Below are positions 12,712 through 24,980 of a stretch of DNA of 64,000 nucleotides, in pieces. A program made the translations under genes and the position numbers. Each line of letters begins with the position of its first letter. Within the stretch, counting starts at the first letter, position 1. The stretch lies in the NCBI GenBank assembly GCA_029953675.1, contig JAMWBK010000012.1, positions 992,001-1,056,000 of the forward strand. The letters run 5' to 3'. Origin of the DNA: Rhodosorus marinus CCMP1338 (lineage: Eukaryota; Plantae; Rhodophyta). The notes beneath the pieces were generated by a model. The model was not told where the DNA came from, did not search any database, and saw only the letters and a list, made by a program, of their open reading frames with translations.

Positions 12712-13245
12712 ACGTCCCAGTCTCCCAAACCAAAAAGGAACAGAGCACAGCAACCCCCCCCTTCTTTCCCCAGATTGTCCACCACGACCGAAAACCGAAA
12801 AAAAACAGCCTAGCGACTGCAGTGTGAAACAAGCAGCGTCATCTAGTCCATCTTGACGGAAGCTTCTTGAGAGTCATGAAAGAGCATTGGCAAAACAAGA
12901 CTGAGCCTCCACAAGCCGACTTCGACTAAAGTCGAGTCAGTCTAAAGTTAATGGAGAAAGGGGTATTGCTGAACAAGAACCGCATTAGGATGTTTCGTGC
13001 TACTCTTTCTTTATGAATAATAACCTGTTTCGATAAGAAGAGAATTCTCGGATTATCAGAGGCCTTTCCTTATGTCTTCGTGCTCTTGTGGCCGGTCGTT
13101 TTCTGGCGTACGCAGGGGGGGTGTTGGCTAGCTCGATCGCTCCCTTTTCGTGTTCGTTGATAAGCTTACCGCCGACTTGTTTCTTCTTGTTTGTCTTTGT
13201 TCTTTCTCGCTGTTATCTCTTTTTGCTAGACCTTCGAAGCGACGG

Positions 13246-13758
13246 ATGCTTGATGAGGAGTACCTCGACGCTGTCGGAGCGCTCGAGGCAGCGGCGTCGG
13301 AAAATTACCGGTCTTTCTCCCACCTCACTGAACTAAAGCGCGGTGTGTCTGGTAAGTTCAGCTCTCCTGCATCAGCTCCGTGCATCCAGCGCCCGTATGA
13401 ATGCCTTAACCGTTCACATACCCTCACGCCAGGCGAGGAGACGGTGCTCGCGGCCCCAGACGCCGTCAAAGAATGGAAGATGATATCAACGCTCATCAGA
13501 CGCGACCTTGGATACTCGGATCGAGCTGCACCCAGCTGTGAGATTGTCGCCGAGTCGGTCCGGGACCTGATCTCCCGCATCCGAGTCGCCAAGGAAAGCT
13601 CACCGGAGGAAGCAGACTGGGAATCTGTTCTTGAACTCACAGGGGAGCTAACAAGGTCGTCCTCGGTGAACGAGATCATTCGCAACAGGACGATCCCAAG
13701 GTGCAGGCAAGTGCTTCGTGACCTCGAAAATGAACCTTCCCAACATCGTCCACCCTGA
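13246..13758 (+). CDS. Hypothetical helical protein
   Basis: Open frame from ATG 13246 (MLDEEYLDAVGALE...) with protein-like composition and a probable in-frame intron 13352-13432. The true start is uncertain. Confidence 0.55.
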   Translation: MLDEEYLDAVGALEAAASENYRSFSHLTELKRGVSGKFSSPASAPCIQRPYECLNRSHTLTPGEETVLAAPDAVKEWKMISTLIRRDLGYSDRAAPSCEIVAESVRDLISRIRVAKESSPEEADWESVLELTGELTRSSSVNEIIRNRTIPRCRQVLRDLENEPSQHRPP

Positions 13759-13770
13759 CGACGTGCATAG

Positions 13771-15055
13771 CTATACAGACTTTGAAACCCTCGAAAACCT
13801 ACTATGATTGGAAATCCAATCCGCTAACAAACGACCCGTTGCCAAATAGTAGCTCCTGTTTCCCTTCACAAAGCTCCAACCATTCACATCGATAACAAAG
13901 CTCTCTCCGTTCGCCCTCAAAAGGTCGAAACCTAGACCATTCAACAGGAGGGACACGAGAGAAAAGCCCATCAACTCAGTCTCCGTCCGATCGATACGCA
14001 ATCGATCACCCTTGAATATCAACGACCTGGTCGGCTGACTCGGAATTGGGGAGGCTCTTACCACATATAAACTGCTGCATGATGGATGAAACCTTGATAG
14101 CAATTTCAGTCTCAAACTCAGATAATCCCACCTCCCTCCTCACCTCCTTTCCGTTTACCGTTCTCTCAACAAGGCCGTCAACGGTCGGTGCTTTCCGGCT
14201 CTCTGCATAGACAAAACTCGTTCCCACAGTGTACACCTTTATGTCATTTCGGTCTTCGCTTTCATACATTCGCTGGTAAAGATATGATCCATCACGTCGG
14301 ATCTCCCACTCACCTTGAGAACAGATTCACGGGCAAGGATCTCAAGTCAGTCCCAGTTCAAGAAATCCATGAAGAGAATTCCTGAGATATGGAATTCATC
14401 TGCTCTCCAGAGTTTGTCCGGGGGTCAGTTCCACCTCTGCCTTCCTCTACCCAAGTAGAAGGGCGTCGTACGTACCTGGAACAAACTCGCTGGACTTTTT
14501 GCGAGTCTTTCTGAACATTTTTCTGACGCCTCCGCCCTCTGAGTAAGGGTAGTAGAGCCATACATTATGGTCTTCAGAGTTGAAAGGCTTCTCTATGAAC
14601 GGTTTATCGAGCGTTTTTACTTCCTCTTCTTCCACGAAGAAGCTCAGTTGGTCGCCATCCTGCTTGATTCGGCTGTTGTCGTCAGCATAGTAGGTCTCCG
14701 GGTAGGGAATCTCGTTGTCTTTAAGAAGGTCAAGCACTTTCCGACGGTCAAGGATATCATATTGTCGTTCCAAGTTACAGAGGAGCACGGGCTGTCTCAG
14801 GTGGGAATATGCCTGGACTTTCTCGAGCGGAAACCCGTCGGAGTGAAAGGCAATCAGAAACTCGCAAATCGGCCAGTTCTCAACGTCCTCCTTCAGAACA
14901 AGCTCTTCTTCGAAGACAACAACGTCTAAATCCGGCTGGAATTCATTCAAGTGCGTGATGATCCCTTTCATTCCAGCTGACCTCGCCTTTTTCGCCATCA
15001 CACAGACCCCCAACCGGCATGGTCGCTCGTCAGACTCCATAGAGTCCTTCACCAT
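13771..15055 (-). CDS. VIP1: VIP1/PPIP5K-type inositol pyrophosphate kinase, ATP-grasp kinase domain only (330 aa, 3 exons)
   Basis: [96 protein letters not shown]. Exons 15055-14476, 14313-14062, 13931-13771 sum to 993 nt. Confidence 0.9.
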
Positions 15056-15420
15056 TAGCGAAACGAAAATCCACAGGCTCTTCAGATTTAATAGCGATCT
15101 TTATTCCAACTAACTCTTCACACGGTCACTTGGAATCTCTGCTCTCCAAGTTCCCCTAGCGCTCCCTCCCTGTCTCTGAGATTTTCCGTCTACAACCTCC
15201 TCATCACCATCGGGAGTTTCCGAGCGTTCCAGGGAGCGAGTAGGATGTTATGACCGTGGGAGGGCGAGAGGAACTCCTTGAGCAGGCTCTTGGGATGAAT
15301 TAGAGCTTGATATAAAGAGATTTGGGAACCGGGACCTTTATCATACTCTCTGTCCTTGTCAGAGGACTGTTGTTTCCTATCCTCAAGACGTTGTTTCGAA
15401 CAGAACAACTGATGGAGTTC

Positions 15421-15676
15421 CTAGGTTTCGATAGACCTCTTGAGCAGACTCGAACTCGATTCGCCGTCTCTATTAATGACAGTCAAAAGGCTTTGGTCTA
15501 GTAGTAATGCGGTTCTTTCTCGGTACTTGGTTGGCAACGGGAAAGGCGCTGCTCGTTGGAGAAGGTTTAGCAGAACGTGGGAACGCTTTTTTCCATGTGC
15601 CACCTGTACTTTCTGCAAGGGGGAAGGGGGAAGGCACAGATCAAACTAGGTCTTATCTAGAACTAGTCCTTACCAT
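15421..15676 (-). CDS. Candidate short spliced ORF (M|KVQVAHGKKR...) upstream of VIP1
   Basis: ATG at 15676 is immediately followed by a GTAAGG donor; a polypyrimidine-CAG acceptor at 15613 leads into ORF 15421-15612. No homology recognised. Confidence 0.25.
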
Positions 15677-16131
15677 GCTCACTTTTACAAGTCCCCAACT
15701 CTAGAGCAAGCTTTCTATTACACAAACCATTCCGTCAGCCCCATCCCCAACCTCATCAAAGTTTTCGCGGGAAATATCGCAAATATCAAAATACTAATGC
15801 ATCCAAATATCTAGAACTCCCTAAACAAAACAAAAAAAGCAGTGCAGATTATATTGACTGAATACAATCCATATTATTAAAAGTAAATACAATTCATATA
15901 TCTCCATCGCAGAGATTGAAAATTCAATCAAAATATCGAATCGATCAGTTTGGGCTGAAATGGGATCGATTGGCTGTTTTGTCACCAATGGGTTTTGGTT
16001 GGGGAGGGTGGGAAGGAAAGGGGGGGGAGGTGGGAGAGCCTTGAGGGAAGTACTTGGATATCTGAGGCTGAATTTGGTGGAACATATTCTGTATAAGATG
16101 AGTGAGTAAAGCACTGGATTTAGTGAACGAA

Positions 16132-18152
16132 ATGGAGGGAGGTGCTGAATTGAGTGAAGTTGAGTTGGATTGCGTTAAGGACGGGACCGGGGATGGTGAG
16201 GATAGCGGATGTGAGGAGGCTGCAGAAGCCTCAGGTGAGTTTCGCTATGAGGAACATGAATTGGTGGAAGATGCTGAAGGATTGCTCAGGGAGAGTCATG
16301 CGCTGTTGAGGAAGGAGAAAGTTCAGCTCAGGGTGGTAAAACACCAGCCAAAGTGAGCAGAATTATATACCTAGATTTACTCATGCATGACTAGTCGCGT
16401 CTTGAGTCTAAACACCCCCGCGCACCTTTTCCAGGATCGACGTTTTGGCTGAGCTTGAGATTCTCAAACAACGAAGGCAAAAGCGCCAAGCTGGGAAAAA
16501 TTTTGCTCACCGTCGCGAGCTTGAGGTAGTTGCCTCCTTTGTAGGTCAGCCGAAGATCAGTTGGGATGCAGGTAAGCAAGGAATTACTCTACGCCAAAAG
16601 CCCCATTCCAATCCCTGTGCATGATAACAAAGTTTCAACTGCCTTTCCTTGCCCTGGTATAGACTACAAAGTTCGGCTTACTCAAAGCAGCACCGGGGAT
16701 GAGAACAAGGCTACATTAGCAAGCCAGACCGAGATTTTTTGGAGTCAGGGACAAGCTGAGGTGGGACAAGCTGAATCTCAGAGTCAAGTCGTTACTCAGT
16801 CCCAAGTGGAGCAGTTCCAGGGTAGTCAGCGGGAAGGAGGAACTCAGGTATCCGTTCCCGTGATTGCTGTGCCAGACACTCAGCTCAGCAGCCAATGCTC
16901 GGCGCTAAACCCCGAGAGGGTGGACCGAGTACCTATGAATGATCAAGAATCGGATGAGGAGCACCTGGTCGTGCTGCCGCCTCAGAAACTTCCGGGGGCG
17001 ATTCAGGAGAGAAACCAGTTGCGACGTGAGCTCCTCGGTGAAGCGGAAAGGAAGAAACTTCTGCGGAGGTACCAGGGCGGCTACAACGAACACAGGCTTG
17101 AGATGAACAATGACGATCCATCGCCTGCTCAAGATTCTGAGCGTCAGGAGGTTGGTGCTGAGCAAGAAGAGAAGCCTGCAGCCGATTACCTAGTTGATTC
17201 CAGTAGCGAGGGTGAAGCTGCGTCCGTTGAGAGGACGTACGGGACTCAAAACATCGCGAAATCAGGTGAAATATGCGCCGCTGTGGAAGAGTCGCCCTTC
17301 ATCGACAACGAGGCCGATGACGAGGATGAGGACGAGCTCCCCGTTGTAGCGCGAAATGATGAGGATGCTGAAGAATCGGTGGCTTGTGGGGAATCCGTTC
17401 TTGAGCAGCTTATCGATGATTCCGTGGTCGACACCGAGCAGCTTCATGACCATCGGCTTCTCGATAAGAAGCGAGAAGAGGAAGTACGATGTGAAGCCGT
17501 ACGTAACGCCGGAATCTGCTCTTTACTTCGTCAGAACCGAACACGGCGTGATGATAGGAGCGGGTCGAAGGAGAACCCCCCAGCAACGGACACGGAGCGA
17601 TCTGTCTTGTCATCTGAGCGAGATGGTAACGGCTCCAAGCCGGATCTCCATGAGAGTGAACAGGGTGAAGCAGATAGAAGAAAACGGGCGAGGGCCTTGT
17701 GGAAGGCTAACATGGATCGAAAATCCTCGTTCAGCCACGAGTCGCTATCGCAGTGTGCGTTTGCGGACGAGACGAGCCGATCTTCGGTACAAGACAATCT
17801 AAAAGCTCGCTTCGCTACCAAGGTATGGCCGTACCCGTCAGGAATTCTTGCACCTGTCCCGCCGAGCCTCATCAGGATGCAAATCCGCGCCTTTTCATTT
17901 GTGCACAGAGATCAAAACCAAACCCGAAACGAGATTTCATATCGCCCAGAAAAATGCGTCGTCAAGCTGTCTCTCTCAACGACTGGTGCAGCAGAAAGCC
18001 TGACATCAACAAAGCCAAGGACCGAGAGGGTGATCCACCCTCTTCTAAATCGGTACCTTTCGGATTCTTCTCCAGGCCACAGTCAACTTCCTCCAGCAAG
18101 ACGAGCTGACCACGAAAGAACCGCTGGGGACGAACTAAACACATTATTCTAA
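16132..18152 (+). CDS. Large acidic protein, putative MRC1/claspin-like replication checkpoint mediator (multi-exon)
   Basis: Introns 16353-16434 and 16572-16662 join the ORFs. The FIDNEADDEDEDE...EQLIDDSVVD...LLDKKREEE segment resembles the MRC1-like domain, and the protein has SQ/TQ-rich stretches. Further in-frame introns are likely. Confidence 0.55.
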
Positions 18153-19413
18153 CTGAGACGGACTGATCGCATCCGTCTGCGCATTCTCCTTCGACGAGGG
18201 TCCGCCCTTAACACCTTTGCGAGCTTACCATGAAGAACAAGACCGGGTTCAGCATTGTCAATCCGGCTCGCCGTTAGGAGTCGATTGCCTACCGCAATGA
18301 ACGTCCTGTTCTCAATCTGGCAAAGCTTGTCAACTTGTGTAGTCCGAACCTCATCGGAGGGTTGGAAACCAGGTCCAGAAGTTGCTGATAGGGTCAGTAG
18401 GGTTGGCGGTCGACCCGGGAATGAGATGGAAGCACGATACACTGCGCACGACTAGGGGAGCGTTCGGAGCTGCCAAGGCTCGTTGGGGACATCTGAGCTG
18501 GAGAGCTCTATAGGTACACACCGAGCCTCCGCTTCGCTCCCGCGTCACAACTCCTATGGTCCAGTCGACGTCAACCCTGCTGACTCCGTCGTCAGCTGGT
18601 CGCCTCTTCTCTACGGATAGCCCACTCGGGAGGTGAGAATTCCGTGCTGTCGATCGTCTGGAACATCGCCTTGGATAGGCCATGTACGAAACATTAGATT
18701 ACGTCTGACTGAGCTCTGGTCGCAGTCAATGAGTCAAGACATTCTGTCCTTCCTTAAGGGTTTCACAGAAAGAATTGATTAATCATCTCCTGCAACCCAA
18801 AGCAAACGCGCACAACTGCGACCCAATTGCGGGCAAATCTGCACAAAACTTCAGCGCAGTACCATGATGACTACCGTACATAACGATACTGAGAACGAAC
18901 TCTCTGAGATTCTCCCGTCTGTAGCATGCTCGCGTTACTTTTCCAGACTAGTCGTCTTCGTTTGAGAGTACCCATCGTCTACAGCTGGCTTCCACCACAC
19001 TGCGCTCGTCTTTCCCTGCCGAGCTGACATCTACTTGATCGGTTCTCCCTCCGCATCTCATCTGCGCTTTGCAGCGCAGATACTGGGTCACCCTGGCGCC
19101 TCCCACCTGCTTAGCTGGAAGTTCTGTAGCTTCCTCTTCGTCAACCTTAAGCTCAAGTTTTGGTCGTTTATATGATGTTTCCTTCTTCGTAGATTTTGGT
19201 GTTGCGTGGGGGATTCAGTTCTATAGTTTGTCTTCGTCTTCTTTAAGGTTGAAGGAACGTTTTTGGAAGAGGGGGCGAGAAGGGCCCTTTCCGCGTAGGA
19301 AAGTGAAAGTGTTGTTTGGATTGTCCCTAGTTTTTGGGTTGTTTCAAGAGGGGCTGTGAAGAGTTGGAATTGGAATGGTTGGGCTGGTTCTTTGACAGAA
19401 GGGACAGAACAAA

Positions 19414-20417
19414 ATGCGCAACATGTTGCGGGTGGAGATAAGTGCGGTGGTTCTTTTCGTTGGTGGTCTTTGTGTCTTTGCCAGCTGTCTTGAACTGTTT
19501 ACTCATCTTGCTCGGTTGGTTGTTGGATACGGCGGGAGGGCTGCCAATGAACTCCATTGGTGTCTCTTTCCTGAGTCGATCCTTCTTCACAAGCAGCGTA
19601 AGTAGTCATCCTCCTCCGCCCTCCGCCTGCCCGTTCTTTTGGCTGAAACGCTTTCCTACTTGGATTGCGTTTGGGGGGGTCGCGATTAGTATGGCGGATC
19701 TTCACTGCTCCGTTCTTTCACGCTGGGTTTCTGCATCTGGTCCTCAACATGTTGGCCTGGTGGCAGATGGGAATTATCCTGGAGAGGATCATGGGATCAC
19801 TTGAGCTTTTGTTTCTGGTGCTAACATCGGCCGTTCTATCTGGTCTGCTGCAAGTCTTCCTCGCTCTTGAAGCCACTCGGATCTTTCATACCAGCTCGGT
19901 TTATTCCTGCACTCTGGGACTTTCCGGAGTTCTGTTCGCCTTGCAGGTGTTCCTTATCAAGGAGCTGGACCTGAATACGCTCAGCGTGTTCGGTCTGTTC
20001 AACATGCCAGCACAGTTGACCGTCTATGTCTCGCTATTTGCGATCCAGCTGTTCTTCCCAAGAGCCAGCTTCCTTGGTCACCTCTGTGGTATCCTAGTTG
20101 GATATTTCTTCTGCATGTTCCCTCCAAGGCTCGCGAGGAATGGTTTCGCAAACATTGAATCAAGCATGAAGCTCGAAGGCATTCCTCTTTGGAGGCCAAG
20201 TCCAGCTTCAGATTCCTTGCCCTACGCGAGTATCGGGAACGCGGACAACCAAGGAGAGAACTGGAGCAACCGATTCAGGGTCTGGTTCTCTTCAGAACAA
20301 GGCGATTCCAGTGAACGAGAAACGTTCCAGGATGAAGTTGAGTTCAGTCCGGTTGGAACCCGATCTGTCAACGTGAGCTCCGTTAGCAGACTTGTTCCTG
20401 AGAAAGAAGAGGCTTGA
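19414..20417 (+). CDS. Rhomboid intramembrane serine protease (RHBDD1/RBL14-like)
   Basis: Intron 19598-19689 gives LWRIFTAPFFHAGFLHLVLNM; catalytic GLSG and SFLGHLCG are intact. Confidence 0.92.
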
Positions 20418-20601
20418 CTATACTCTCACTTGCATACATGTTTGCGTTTTATTATGCTCCTTTTTAAACCAAAAAAGATCTGTGAATCCCTGTACATAAA
20501 AGCTTTTTCGGGTATCCTAAAGAGTATGCTGCTTCTGTTCAATCGCCCGGCGGACGTCGTCGCCCTGGGCTTTCCTCTCCCCGTGACTGCCAAAATGGCG
20601 G

Positions 20602-21081
20602 TTAGCTTCCTGCTCGAAACGGCACTGGAGGCCACTTTGGAGGGTCATAGCCTGATCCCCCAAGCGGGTTACACCGTAGGAGGCGCCAAGCCGTCAGAAC
20701 GAACCCCTTCTGAGGACCAAAGGTCTGAATTGCTTCAATCGCGTACTGGGAGCAAGTCGGGAAGAACCTGCAAGCTGGAGGGAGAATCGGTGAGATGTTC
20801 TCCTTATACCCCTTCACTGCAGAAATCATGATGTCGCTGACCCACTTCGCAGCCAACAAAAGCACGACAGGGTTGACCGTCAGGTCCCGAACACACGTAG
20901 TACATGCCAAGACGGACCGAGAAGAAGAAGTCACGCTCCTCCGTCGACGTATTCCAGTACAAGCCACCGCACTAGTCATCTTGAAACCCTCCACAAAACC
21001 AGCTCCGCTCCAAAACAAAACCTGTCCCTCTTCACCGTTTCCTACTCTTATCTCTCCTGACTTTCGCCTCCCCATCCACAT
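20602..21081 (-). CDS. yidD: YidD membrane protein insertion efficiency factor, organelle-targeted
   Basis: YKENISPILPPACRFFPTCSQYAIEAIQTFGPQKGFVLTAWRLLRCNPLGGSGYDP, with an S/T/R-rich N-terminal extension. Start codon uncertain. Confidence 0.92.
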   Translation of the reverse strand: MWMGRRKSGEIRVGNGEEGQVLFWSGAGFVEGFKMTSAVACTGIRRRRSVTSSSRSVLACTTCVRDLTVNPVVLLLAAKWVSDIMISAVKGYKENISPILPPACRFFPTCSQYAIEAIQTFGPQKGFVLTAWRLLRCNPLGGSGYDPPKWPPVPFRAGS

Positions 21082-21639
21082 CTCAACGGCTAGACGTCCC
21101 CATGCCGAAGGGCATGGCCCAGGCTCTTCATTGCTGAGCGGCAGTACTCCTCTCTTTCATCTTTAGAAAGCTTTTCGCCACCTTGGAAACGTCCAAAAGC
21201 TTGATGGTCGCTTTACGGCACCGACCAGCCTGACAGACTATCTACAACTGCTCAACGACAGTTCAGAGTAGGATTGATGAGGATAGTTTAGTCCCTGGTT
21301 AGCTTCAGTCTCGCTATATGGACGCCTTGGGTTTGCCGAGCAAGTTTTGTTAAGGACAGTATCTTCTCTCTTCTAATAGCTGATGGAGGACTGAAGTTCC
21401 ACGACGGTCCTCCAGTTCCATTGCTTTATTGACTCCTTATGCGATGGATACTGGAGCGACCAGCCTCACGCCTCTTCTCCTGGATTGAGCTGTTTTGAGT
21501 CTATTGACTTGCGATGTTATGCTGTCTTAAGCTTACGAGGTTCCCATCCTTTCATCTTGGAAAGCTCTGGTCTCCTTGAAACTTCAAGGCGCTTTGAGGT
21601 GGCTACTGACCATCCCGCGGGAGGTCCCTCAAGGAATGT

Positions 21640-22300
21640 CGATGTTGAAGATGATGGAAAAGTCTATTGCATTCGACAACGGAGTGGATGATGATTCTGC
21701 TTATGATCTGTTAGATGCTGGGCATTGATGACAGCGTTTCTTAGTTCAGACTCTTTCAGTGAGGAGGATTGAGATCACTTGCATAGGCCAACTATATTAG
21801 ATGATGATGATGATGCTGCTCATGGTCAGTCAGATATTTCACGTCGATCACAGCGCTTCTCTCAAGTTCACTCTTTCAGTGAAGAGGATTGAGTTCACTC
21901 GCATAAGCAGATTACTCCCAAACGTCCCAAACGCCATTGCATCGATGTTGAAAATGGTGAACCAGTCAAATTTGCATTTCACACCAGATTGGCATGATGA
22001 TGATGACGCTGCTCATGGTCTGCAAGATACTCCACATCAATCACAGCGCTTCTCATTTTGGATTCTTTCAGTGAAGAGAATTGAGATCACTTTCATAAGC
22101 AAAATTCCTCCCAAACGTCCCAAACGCTATTGCCTCCAATGTGAAGACGGTTAACTAGTCAATTTGCATTTCACTCCAGATTGGATGATGACGATGATGA
22201 CGATGACAATGATGATGCTGCTCAGGGCTTGTCAGATATATCACATCAATCACAGCGCTTATCAGCTTAGACTCTTTGAGTGAAGAGCATTGAGGTCATT
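21640..22300 (+). repeat. Diverged tandem array of ~190-bp units, each opening with a (GAT)n run
   Basis: Units start near 21686, 21800, 21994 and 22185 and share gctgctcatggtc, cacagcgcttc, ctctttcagtgaagag.attgag and tcccaaacgtcccaaacgc. Confidence 0.85.
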
Positions 22301-22359
22301 AACTACCGAACTTTTTTTTGAAAGTTTGATGAACGTTTTTGTTGTCATGATCACGAAGC

Positions 22360-23050
22360 TTCTAGTCGATAGTAAATGGAGATGGAAGGTGGTGTGATGG
22401 TAGAGAGATCCATCCGTGTGTGTGTGTATGTGTGAGATCGATCGTGAAGGAGGAAAGAAGAGGAGGGTGGAAGACATCGTGCGGGATAGAGGAGATGACT
22501 TGATTGGAAAGTGGTATTGATGAGAGTGTAGATAGACGTTTTCGTTTGCTTGTGGTGGTGAATTGGAGTGAGGAAGGAGAGGGAGTGCGTGATTGAATTG
22601 AGAGAGGAGATGGGGATGTAGTTTTTGGTATATTGGTATTGGTATTGGAAAGTGGATGGGAGTGAAGGAGGAGGGAGACTGAGAGATTGAGATCGGGAGT
22701 TGTGGGGGGGGTGGGGAAGTAGGAGAGTGGTAGTTTTGTATTGATATCGGAAAGTGGATGGGAGTGAAGGAGGGAGGGAGGGTGGGAAAGGACGGGTAGG
22801 TAATTTTTGGTATTGGTAGTGGAATGTGGATGGGAATGTGAGGAGGCAGAGAGTGAGTGAATGAATTGGGGAGAGGGGGTGGAGGAAGGAGGAGGTTGGT
22901 ATTTTTGTATTGGTATTGATGGGAAGGATATAGGCTGTGGTTTGAATACTGGTTTCCTTCTGGTGATTTGATCGGGGGTGGTGGTGGTGGTGGTTTGTTT
23001 GGAGGGAATGTGGAAAGTGGATTGGAGTGAGGAAGGAGTGAGCGTGAGTG
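22360..23050 (+). repeat. C-depleted, G/T/A-rich low-complexity tract with a degenerate ggaaagtggatgggagtgaaggag motif
   Basis: About 5-6 motif copies (near 22505, 22645, 22750, 22820, 23010); cytosine is almost absent on the + strand. Confidence 0.8.
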
Positions 23051-23085
23051 ATTGAATGTTGTGCTGGGAAGAGGGGGTGGAGAAG

Positions 23086-24166
23086 ATGGTGGAAAGTTGT
23101 GGATTTGTTTTTGATGTTGGTGTTTGGAGAAGACGGAATGTTGGGGTTGGAGTGAAGCGATGTGGGGTGGATCGTAGTGCAAAGGTGTGGGCTGGTGGTG
23201 GTCGGGGTGGGGGTGCGTGGCTGCCGCCTCGAGGAGGAGGCTTTTTTGGACGATTTGGTGGCGATGGGGAGGGTGGCAAGCCAAACGATCGGTTCGTTTT
23301 GGGTTTGGGAATCGTTGGAGGTGTTGAGATTGCCAGATCGATTGAGAAAAGGTGAGCTCGTTCGGAAAACGCTTCTTCTTTTATGAATTTCGTGTATTGC
23401 TGAAGTATTGAACCTCAGTTTTTGTTTGCTACCTTTTTCTGGAACAAGTGAGGGGCTGGGTAGGCGTAATTTGAGCTGGCCGTACATCCTCATCGGCTTG
23501 AACATACTTGCGTTTATTTTGCAAGGTTTCATGGGGGATAAGCTGACGATGATGGGTGCCAAGGTGAATCGGGCTATTGCTGAGGGCCAGTTCTATCGGC
23601 TGCTAACGTCGATGTTCCTTCACGGATCTCTGGGACATCTCCTGGTGAATAGCCTGAGCACCTACAGCATCGGGCCGAGCGTGGAGAGCTGGTTTGGGAA
23701 AAGGCGGTTCATCGCACTCTACCTTTTCTCTGGCTTTTGCGGAAACCTGATGAGCTTCTACTTCCTCCCTCAGCCCTCCATTGGCGCTTCCGGCGCAGTC
23801 TTTGGACTCCTTGGTGCCCTCGCGTTCTTCCTTCTCCGACATCGAGGTCTCATACGAGGATCAGAACGCAATCTTACGAGGTTTGCATACGTGATTGCGA
23901 TTAACTTTGCCATGGTAGGAATCTCCACTCATTGTACTACCACCTACTCCTGTTCCGAAACGACAATACCCTCTAACCGACGTCTTTATGAACTTCTTCA
24001 GGGGCTCTCACCCAACTCTCAGATCGATAATTTCGGACACCTCGGAGGTCTCCTTGGAGGTGTTATGTTCTCCTACCTAATCGGTCCAAACCTCACCATC
24101 GAACGCGTCAGAGGCAGACCTGTCCTAGTCGACCGACCGCTGCTCACCCAGGCCATCCGTAAATGA
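23086..24166 (+). CDS. Plastid rhomboid protease (RBL10-like)
   Basis: Transit-like MVESCGFVFDVG...; donor at 23352; intron 23915-24001; YRLLTSMFLHGSLGHLLVN, IGASGAVFG and IDNFGHLGG. Confidence 0.92.
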
Positions 24167-24980
24167 ACTCAGAGTTGGAGACCCGACAGGCGATGAGGTG
24201 GTCATCGGTTGAGGAGACCCTCGTACTCGAGAATGGACCCGCTTGGAGGAGCTGGAGTCTTTCCTCAAGCGAAAATCAACCGGCAGAAACCGCATGGCGG
24301 CTCTCCGCTGATCTCCGAGATCCAATTTTTAACAGTGGCTGCTGAGTCAACGAGCCGCTTGACCGACACAAAGTCCCGAGCTGAGAAACGATCTAAGCTC
24401 GTTTGACATCGGCGTGTTCTCCTCCTTCTCTTAAAGTATGCTTATGCCCCTTTCCCAGTCGGAGCCTGGACGCGTGAATCTCGACCAGCTGTGAGATCGA
24501 CAAAGCGTTTGGTAGGCTTGTCTTTAGCTCCGGACTGATCAAGGATCGTGTCAATCCCCGCTGCGCTTGTCCCGTAGTTACTTGAAAGAGAGGATTGTGT
24601 TGCTATTGCTGTGAGGATGGCAGGAGTCAGGAGAAGGCCCATGGGAGGGAGCTTTGGACCAGACAACCAACCCCGATAGGTGCGCGCGTTACTGATCATT
24701 CAGAGCGTTTCCCTGGCGTCTGGGAAGTGTAGAATAGATGCTTGTTCGCTACTACGAGCTTGGCTGCAAACCGTTCGAGTTTGCGGAGACGGTCGCTCCC
24801 AGTAGCATATTCTTGCTTGTGAGACTCAGTCTCTACTGTTGTACTGTAGTATTCTGAATGTTTTTTGGATGCTAGAGCCAGGAGCAGCGAAACCATATTT
24901 TTTGTAAACGGATGAGCCGCACCGCTGCCAAGCTGCGCTTTCAGCTGCTGTCGTTCGTTTTCGCTGTGTCTCGTTTTGTT

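Noticed and set aside
15190-15618. Two in-frame ORFs separated by one TAG (possible readthrough)
   Set aside because: No recognisable protein on either side and no readthrough context; likely chance.
21640-22300. CRISPR-like array
   Set aside because: Units are ~190 bp and diverge along their whole length; no constant repeat with unique spacers, no cas genes, eukaryotic context.
22262-23562. Three overlapping 300-400-aa P/H/S/T-rich ORFs on the - strand
   Set aside because: Explained by compositional skew (few stops in C/A-rich sequence); one overlaps the rhomboid CDS in antisense. Not called as CDS.
24442-24896. Two - strand ORFs with an ATGA stop-start overlap, like bacterial coupling
   Set aside because: Short, no motifs, and located in the 3' regions of convergent genes; insufficient support.
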